This document shows positions 25,798 to 31,387 of a stretch of 31,387 nt of DNA, one piece after another. Source of the stretch: a virus (taxonomy: Duplodnaviria > Caudoviricetes). Numbering within the stretch: the stretch's first letter is position 1; the number at the start of each line of letters is the position of its first letter. Under the pieces are notes generated by a model. The model saw nothing but the letters and a program-made list of their open reading frames with translations, did no database searches and was not told the DNA's origin. Both the position numbers and the translations under genes were made by a program. Location: positions 1-31,387 of IMG/VR virus record IMGVR_UViG_3300031951_000794; one strand, given 5' to 3'.

Positions 25798-27404
25798 TAT
25801 GCCTCTTTTCGTTTTGTTTCCTTTTTGCTTGGTTGTTTGTATGCCCGCTCAAGCGCCTGTCTCATCGACTGACCCCGAACGAGCTTCCCCTTGTCATCTC
25901 GATACAAGCCCGCCGATTGCCGAGCCACTTCGCCCTTTGCCGCCCTTGCTGTTTTGGCTGCCGTGGTGCCTGGTGCCGCTGGAGCGCCTGGAGCGCCGGC
26001 CGGTGCGCCATCAAACAACTTTCGAGCGCCTCCGAGATAGTAGTTGTACTGACTCTCATTGATTCGATTTTCGCCCTTTGCGGCGTCGAGTTTCTCCTTG
26101 ATCTGGTCGTAGGTAAAACCCTGCTGCCTGGCGAAATGCTTCATGTTAGCCGCTGCAACGGCTGGATCATTGTTGGCGTTTGAAATAGCGCCCTTGGCAT
26201 ACATAATAGATATATTGCTGTTGTTTTGGCCCACGAAATTGTAACCGGCCACAAGTGCGTCGGAAAGCTCGACCGCCTCTTTCCATGCCTCTGGATTAGC
26301 CGCCGCAATCTTGTCGATTTCCTTCCACTTTAGAGTTGAGCCGTCCTTGCCGAAATCGTACGTGCTGCCGTCGGCAAGGGTGCCCATGTAGTTGTCGTCG
26401 AGGATTTTGTTGTCCTGCAATCCTTTTCGGATTGCGTCTCGGGTCATTTGCGCTTTATTTTTCGAGCTGCCAAATTTGCTTCCGATATATCCTGCCGCCA
26501 AGCCAATCGCTGCGCCAATGGCCATACCAACGGGTCCGGCTGCTGACCCATATATTGCGCCCGCCGCTGCTCCACCGAGCCCCGCTCCGGCGCTTAAACC
26601 CCCAACGGATGCAGCAATATCTCGTTGCTTCCCCGCTGCCATGCTTCCTGTCATTTCGGCAGTTTGATAAGCACCATATCCGCCGGCCACAAGATTAGCG
26701 CCTGGCACGACCGTTGCCCCTAACGTGCCGGTGCCGGTTGACATCGCACCGGTTGCTGCCGCAAGGTTGGCCGCTCCAGCGGTTCCGTAGATGCCTGCTC
26801 CAGCGTAATCTTTGTTCTGCGCTGCCTTGTATGCGCTGTAGAGCTGCGCCGCTCCCGCTGCTCCTTGACCTACCTTTGCCCAATCTACATTAGCAAGGAA
26901 GCCTGGATCGGTTTGAGCGGTTGGCGGAAGACTTTGGACTGCCCCTTTTGGAGCAACGATTGTGCCGCCATTTGGAGCTGACCCCACGGCCTCATAGCCG
27001 CTTGGAATCGCCCCGCCCTGGGGAACTACATTCCCTTGGGGGACCGTCATCGCCTGTTGTAATGCCCCGCCTAAAGGCGCTCCGCCGCCTGCTGTGCCGC
27101 CCGCTGTGCCGCTAACGGCTCCGGCCCCACTGGTGGCATCCGCAACCGGTTTCGCAACGTCTGCGGCCTCCTTGGCTGGAAATAAAGCCCCGTAAGCTTC
27201 TTTGCCAACATAAGCCCCGCCCACTGTTCCTGCCACTTGCCCAAGTTGACCGGCCTGACGTGCTCGACCCGACTCTTTTGCCTGCTCCTGCTGCATCGCC
27301 TGTAGTCCGCCTGGACCGAACGCCATTTCCGCCGCTTGGGGTCCGCTGTATCCCTGTCGTCGAAGCTCCTGATATCGTGCGAGTTTTTCTTGATAGCTTG
27401 CCAT
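25797..27404 (-). CDS. Gly/Ala-rich glycine-zipper protein, putative ejection/membrane-channel protein
   Basis: GxxxG runs (GAAAGAIYGSAAGPVGMAIGAAIGLAAG). Confidence 0.65.
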   Translation of the reverse strand: MASYQEKLARYQELRRQGYSGPQAAEMAFGPGGLQAMQQEQAKESGRARQAGQLGQVAGTVGGAYVGKEAYGALFPAKEAADVAKPVADATSGAGAVSGTAGGTAGGGAPLGGALQQAMTVPQGNVVPQGGAIPSGYEAVGSAPNGGTIVAPKGAVQSLPPTAQTDPGFLANVDWAKVGQGAAGAAQLYSAYKAAQNKDYAGAGIYGTAGAANLAAATGAMSTGTGTLGATVVPGANLVAGGYGAYQTAEMTGSMAAGKQRDIAASVGGLSAGAGLGGAAAGAIYGSAAGPVGMAIGAAIGLAAGYIGSKFGSSKNKAQMTRDAIRKGLQDNKILDDNYMGTLADGSTYDFGKDGSTLKWKEIDKIAAANPEAWKEAVELSDALVAGYNFVGQNNSNISIMYAKGAISNANNDPAVAAANMKHFARQQGFTYDQIKEKLDAAKGENRINESQYNYYLGGARKLFDGAPAGAPGAPAAPGTTAAKTARAAKGEVARQSAGLYRDDKGKLVRGQSMRQALERAYKQPSKKETKRKEA

Positions 27405-27407
27405 GCT

Positions 27408-28271
27408 CTAAATCCATGTTCCAAAAATAGCCACGCCGCTTCGAGCAAAAAGAATGGTTTGTTCTGGACCTCCTGCCCAAAGATTTTTCCCAGGATTTTG
27501 ACGGCTAAAATCCTCATTGAGTTGCAAAGCAAATCGCGGTTGGATCGTTGTTAAGCCGTGAATCTCTGCAAAGCGTTCCATCATGCCCAACTCGAGCGTT
27601 TTGGGATTGAATAAGGTTACGTCCGTATCGGCGAGGAAATCGTTGTATGCTCCATCGTAATACGTCCAAGACACGCCGCCATCGCTCACGGTGCCGCTGG
27701 TATGCGTTGGAGGAGTTGCGCCGGTAGTGCCGCCCCCTGCCGTAACGTAGTAGTTGCCGTTGTAAAAGGTATAGCTGTTAGCTGTGTAAATGACGCCCGT
27801 TGCCCACGTCTTTGGCCGAGCGCAACGGTCCATCATGTATTCAAAAATGATGATCTGACCGGCGTTTGCGGACGTTGGCGTCGGCGATATTAAAAGCTGC
27901 GTGTTTGAGATCCCTCGAATCTGAAACTTTTGATATACGGTCGTGTTAAGTCCGTAGCCTTGGATTTCGGCGTATTCCTGCTCAGTAATAGGACCAAGTA
28001 CCCGCCACCGTGTCGACTGATTCCAAAAAGTCTCGTAATGATAATATGAAAAAGCCGTCGGAAGACTGTAACTCGCCTGCCCCGCAACAAGAGTTATTGA
28101 GCTGGACGCATACAACAATGGCCACGGATACTGCTCTGCCATTTCGCGATTGACACGATTCGCTATAGTCAAAAGCTGCTTCGTTGTCGTGTCGGTGCTT
28201 CCGACGGCTGTTGGTGCTACGGTATAACCCGCCTCATTTGCCACGTTTTGAATGTAGGAAATGAGGGTCAT
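27408..28271 (-). CDS. Head-tail adaptor / tail tubular protein A with an inserted aromatic module
   Basis: MTL..IQ..A start, W..L, TLVAGQASYSLP pattern; insert W..GVIY...YNGNYY...PTHTSG..SDG.VSW.Y. Confidence 0.75.
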   Translation of the reverse strand: MTLISYIQNVANEAGYTVAPTAVGSTDTTTKQLLTIANRVNREMAEQYPWPLLYASSSITLVAGQASYSLPTAFSYYHYETFWNQSTRWRVLGPITEQEYAEIQGYGLNTTVYQKFQIRGISNTQLLISPTPTSANAGQIIIFEYMMDRCARPKTWATGVIYTANSYTFYNGNYYVTAGGGTTGATPPTHTSGTVSDGGVSWTYYDGAYNDFLADTDVTLFNPKTLELGMMERFAEIHGLTTIQPRFALQLNEDFSRQNPGKNLWAGGPEQTILFARSGVAIFGTWI

Positions 28272-28274
28272 TCT

Positions 28275-28967
28275 TTAGTCCGTTGATTGCCGTTTTCGTG
28301 TTTTTGGAGGCGCTGGTAAGGTAACGTCCTGGTCCTCATATTGTTCTGCCGCAATTCCCATTCCCTGCGCAACATAAAACGTGTTGCCCATTGAATTACC
28401 CTCCGTCGCATTCACTCGTTGAATAAGCATAGCCAAGTCCCGCTCAAGCTTTTCGGTACGCTTTCGCTCGCGCTCCAACTGTTCACGCAAGCTGACGATC
28501 TCGTTCTGAGGAGCGTTTGCCGCTTCGATCCATTCTTTCGCTTTCTTGACGAACTGAGACAACGGACCGATTCGCCGTTTGATATCGTCGTTAGCCTCGG
28601 CCAACTGCTCAACTGTCCGAAAGCCCATGTGCTGAAGCTCTCGCATTGCCGTACCTGGAAGCAGCGACCACTCCATCAACGGCGTCCCGGCCTGAACAGG
28701 TTCCGAGCCGGCCTTAAAGCGAGCGTATTCTTCTGGATACTCCTGCACGTCGCGAGGCTCAACCGCCCTAACGGTTTCGTCCATTCCTGGCCACTGTATC
28801 GATATCGATTCGACCTCGTCAAAAATCGGTCGGCCTGCGTCGTAAGTCTTTTGCACGTTTTGGTTGTATGCGTAAAAGAACTTTACGTTGGCGCCACGGT
28901 ATCGCTTCTGGGGCTGATTATAGCCGCTCATCTGTTGCTGAACTTGCTGCCAATCGAAGTTTGTCAT
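28275..28967 (-). CDS. Phage hypothetical protein
   Basis: GTPLMEW...GFRTVEQLA motif followed by a coiled coil; GAGGA RBS. Confidence 0.8.
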   Translation of the reverse strand: MTNFDWQQVQQQMSGYNQPQKRYRGANVKFFYAYNQNVQKTYDAGRPIFDEVESISIQWPGMDETVRAVEPRDVQEYPEEYARFKAGSEPVQAGTPLMEWSLLPGTAMRELQHMGFRTVEQLAEANDDIKRRIGPLSQFVKKAKEWIEAANAPQNEIVSLREQLERERKRTEKLERDLAMLIQRVNATEGNSMGNTFYVAQGMGIAAEQYEDQDVTLPAPPKTRKRQSTD

Positions 28968-28990
28968 GTATCCTCACCGTTAACGGGCAC

Positions 28991-29010
28991 TATTGCCCAT
29001 GGTTACAATA
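28991..29010 (-). promoter_or_regulatory. Putative operator TATTGT-N8-GCAATA, copy 2
   Basis: Minus strand reads TATTGT-AACCATGG-GCAATA inside the 49-bp intergenic gap. Confidence 0.55.
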
Positions 29011-29016
29011 CACGAT

Positions 29017-29337
29017 CTACACCATTTGAAAACAACTGATCGAACTGATGGGTCCGCCCGATGTTTGGTAAACTGTAATCGCCCCCGACGGAACTACCTC
29101 GGAGCTACTCATCCACACGTTGATCCCTGGCGTGTTGCTCAATACGAAAACAGGATTAGCCGCCGATGGAGTTAAGCTTGTGATTGCAAAACCTCTAAAG
29201 CTTATGGCTATCGGCGCACCACTGTTATTTTGAATCATCAAGAATCGACGATCTTTTTGAGCCGCAAGCACTAACGTACTAGCTGCGTTTGGGATCGTTG
29301 GGTTGACGCCGTCAAGGAGTCCCGCTGTTATTGGCAT
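29017..29337 (-). CDS. Putative minor structural protein
   Basis: 106 aa, beta-rich, RRFLMIQNNSG motif. Confidence 0.7.
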   Translation of the reverse strand: MPITAGLLDGVNPTIPNAASTLVLAAQKDRRFLMIQNNSGAPIAISFRGFAITSLTPSAANPVFVLSNTPGINVWMSSSEVVPSGAITVYQTSGGPISSISCFQMV

Positions 29338-29344
29338 AAATCAC

Positions 29345-29746
29345 CTACGCATATTGAACGTATTCAGTCGCCGATACTCGGAAAAAAACGCCCAGTCCTG
29401 GAGCTTCTAACGTAACCGCTGTGCCAGCTCCGCCTGGAGCAATTCCCGTAATTTCGCTTGAACTGTCCACAGGGTATACTTTCAACGTTTCTACTGCATC
29501 GGCATTTGAAACGAAAATTGGAAAACCAATCGGACAATCTGGAAGTTTAACGCCGGAACCGGCCGGTGTCGAAACTATCGACGCAGAAAACGAGGTTAAT
29601 TGCAAAGCATTGTTAATAGTAGAGCCGGTTGCCGTTAAATCTTTGGCCGTAGCTATCACCGGAGCCGCTGCGGTTGTATAATTGGCGAACTGTTCAGCCA
29701 ATTTACTAGCTACACCTAAATTTATTAAATTGGAATCGAAACTCAT
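29345..29746 (-). CDS. Putative minor structural protein
   Basis: ATG 29746; ATGST..ALQL...GSGVKLP...LKVYP motif. Confidence 0.7.
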   Translation of the reverse strand: MSFDSNLINLGVASKLAEQFANYTTAAAPVIATAKDLTATGSTINNALQLTSFSASIVSTPAGSGVKLPDCPIGFPIFVSNADAVETLKVYPVDSSSEITGIAPGGAGTAVTLEAPGLGVFFRVSATEYVQYA

Positions 29747-29756
29747 ACTATTTTCC

Positions 29757-29793
29757 AAAAAAAGGTGAGAGGGATTTTGCTCCCTCTCACCTT
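29757..29793 (-). terminator. Rho-independent terminator
   Basis: Perfect 13-bp stem AAGGTGAGAGGGA/TCCCTCTCACCTT, 6-nt loop, U-tract on the minus strand; follows the capsid and decoration genes. Confidence 0.9.
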
Positions 29794-29797
29794 AATC

Positions 29798-30295
29798 CTA
29801 GTCTATCGATAGTACACGTACCGATTGTACCTCTGCCGCCGCAGCCGTGCCGCCAACGGTGGTCACTCCGATAACTCCAGGCAATAAAACAAACGACCCG
29901 CCCGAAGCATCATCGCATACGCCGCCCGTTGCGGTCGTATAAACGCTCGCTTTTGCGGTGTAATTGATAAACCGTGCTTTAATTCCCGAACCACTGCCGC
30001 CGCCATTTGGTCCACCAATCCATACCCAAAGATACTCATTGGTGCTTGCTGCCACCTGAGCTGCGCCGAAGTTTCTAACTTTTGTTCCCGCCTCTGTGTT
30101 GTCCATTTGCACAACGGTATGATCGTCTTTCACCGAAACCCAATCATATTGCGTCAAATTTTCAGCCGCTTTCACAAAAATAAACGTTCCTTCAACCGTA
30201 GAACCGGTATCACCGAGTTTTGCCGGTAATGACGGAACTGTCGTTGCGTCGAACGTTCGCAAGTAATTTACACCAAAAGCTCCTACCTGTGACAT
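29798..30295 (-). CDS. Putative capsid decoration/cement protein
   Basis: 165 aa directly after the capsid gene and before the terminator; FIFVKA and YLWVW motifs; AGGAGG RBS. Confidence 0.65.
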   Translation of the reverse strand: MSQVGAFGVNYLRTFDATTVPSLPAKLGDTGSTVEGTFIFVKAAENLTQYDWVSVKDDHTVVQMDNTEAGTKVRNFGAAQVAASTNEYLWVWIGGPNGGGSGSGIKARFINYTAKASVYTTATGGVCDDASGGSFVLLPGVIGVTTVGGTAAAAEVQSVRVLSID

Positions 30296-30313
30296 ATCTC
30301 TTTCCTCCTATGA

Positions 30314-31270
30314 TTAAGCGTAAATAACCGCCTGAAGCGCAGGAGCCGAGCAACACAAGTTTCCTTCGCAAAGGATAACAGTGAAGAAAGCATCCTGGTC
30401 AACTGGTCGAGCCATCTCGTTCTGCAACGGTTTGAAATCGGCCCCGCGACGCATGTCGAAAGTCCAATATTTCAAATTGAGAAGTCGGATTGAGTTTGTC
30501 TCTAACTCTGCCGAGCCGTATCCACCATCAAAGATGAAGTCGGCGCCGTCATAGTTAAGAACGCGAAAGCCTGCCTCGCCCTTCTTGGTCGGAGCCTGAA
30601 TACGCTGGATCGCTGTCAACGAGCTGTGGAGGAACTTCCACGATGTCCGACCGCAAATACCAAGCTTCGGCATTTCATCGCCCCGTGTTACCTGGGAAAT
30701 GGTATCCGAGATAGTCTCCTGAACGTTTGTCGACGAAAGTGTAATGTTTACCGCTACGTTTCGCGCCCAAAGGTTTGCAGCACGATCAATTCCGCCGTAC
30801 GTTCCGGAGGATGGAGAGGTCGATACCGCCTTCTTCAAGCCGTCGAACTCAAGACCGCCGAATCCTGTGCCATCGCCACGGAGCGAGGTCGATACTGTGT
30901 TCTTCAATCGCGAAATTGAAGCCTTGATTTTGTTTTCTACTACGTCAAGGAGTTGTGCCTCGTCACGGTTAGAGCGACGCTCGAAACCGCTGATTGCCAT
31001 CGGCTCATAACACTGCTTGATCGCAAAGCGAAAAGCAGTCATGTCGTCGATTGCATTTAAGTTGAAGCTCGAGTACCCGCTGTAGAATCCGCCTTGCGCA
31101 TCATCGTTGTACATGACTGGCTTGCGTAACTCATATCCGCCGGTGAACCGTCGAACGTTGCCTTCGTCGTCCATGTATTTCAGGACGGGGTTGTGATGTG
31201 TAATCTCGTCCGCAATCTCGTCCGACTGATCGAACAAGGTTGTGACGATTGCTTCCTCTAGTGTTGCCAT
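30314..31270 (-). CDS. Major capsid protein
   Basis: 318 aa; HNPVL...GG..L, GDGTG...FDGL, GTYGGIDRA, GF..L.Y.G patterns; lies between scaffold and decoration gene. Confidence 0.88.
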   Translation of the reverse strand: MATLEEAIVTTLFDQSDEIADEITHHNPVLKYMDDEGNVRRFTGGYELRKPVMYNDDAQGGFYSGYSSFNLNAIDDMTAFRFAIKQCYEPMAISGFERRSNRDEAQLLDVVENKIKASISRLKNTVSTSLRGDGTGFGGLEFDGLKKAVSTSPSSGTYGGIDRAANLWARNVAVNITLSSTNVQETISDTISQVTRGDEMPKLGICGRTSWKFLHSSLTAIQRIQAPTKKGEAGFRVLNYDGADFIFDGGYGSAELETNSIRLLNLKYWTFDMRRGADFKPLQNEMARPVDQDAFFTVILCEGNLCCSAPALQAVIYA

Positions 31271-31387
31271 TTTTTTTATCCTTTTTAGTCGAGCCCGTTA
31301 AGGCGTCTGCGTAAGTTTTCGCGAAGATCCCGTATGCCTAATCGAGGGGAGCCACTGCCTACGCTGCCCGATACGGCTCTGGATGCG
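31262..31387 (+). repeat. 126-bp terminal direct repeat, right copy
   Basis: Identical to 4-129. Confidence 0.95.

Larger units (their letters stand above)
1..31387. mobile_element. Complete circular(ised) tailed bacteriophage genome, podovirus-like, ~31,258 bp unique length
   Basis: Terminase, portal, capsid, tail adaptor/nozzle, tail fibre and lysis genes present; terminal direct overlap; no host housekeeping genes. Confidence 0.95.

Noticed and set aside
28419-29039. 206-aa plus-strand ORF
   Set aside because: Antisense to the 28275-28967 gene; no recognisable features
1-31387. CRISPR array, tRNA, diversity-generating retroelement, intron/intein or stop-codon reassignment
   Set aside because: No repeat-spacer array, cloverleaf, reverse transcriptase or TR/VR pair seen by eye; genes are intact and tile densely in the standard code

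Overview
The window is an apparently complete, circularly permuted ~31.26 kb tailed dsDNA phage genome with podovirus-type (P22/T7-like) tail and ejection genes. Bases 4-129 recur at 31262-31387, and joining the ends places the scaffold gene directly upstream of the major capsid gene. Nearly all genes lie in two divergent arms from one 106-bp control region (10612-10717). The ~26 kb leftward arm runs HTH regulator, two DUF551-like genes, DNA methyltransferase, terS, terL, portal, a six-gene putative appendage cassette, scaffold, capsid, tail adaptor/nozzle, ejection proteins, S74 tail fibre and lysis genes. The ~5 kb rightward arm carries a Bet-like recombinase, a Zn-finger/RHH protein, an SSB-like protein, a VRR-NUC nuclease and small unknowns. 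I see no integrase, polymerase, primase, helicase or recognisable replication initiator. The most interesting unexplained structure: (i) three tandem divergent paralogs plus a repeat protein between portal and scaffold; (ii) a secreted, 18-Cys, strongly cationic protein inside the lysis cassette; (iii) a 20-bp TATTGT-N8-GCAATA element in two distant intergenic gaps; (iv) a ~200-nt multi-hairpin non-coding element (candidate ncRNA or origin); (v) shared short peptide motifs among putative ejection proteins. Family assignments come from motif recognition only; no searches were run.
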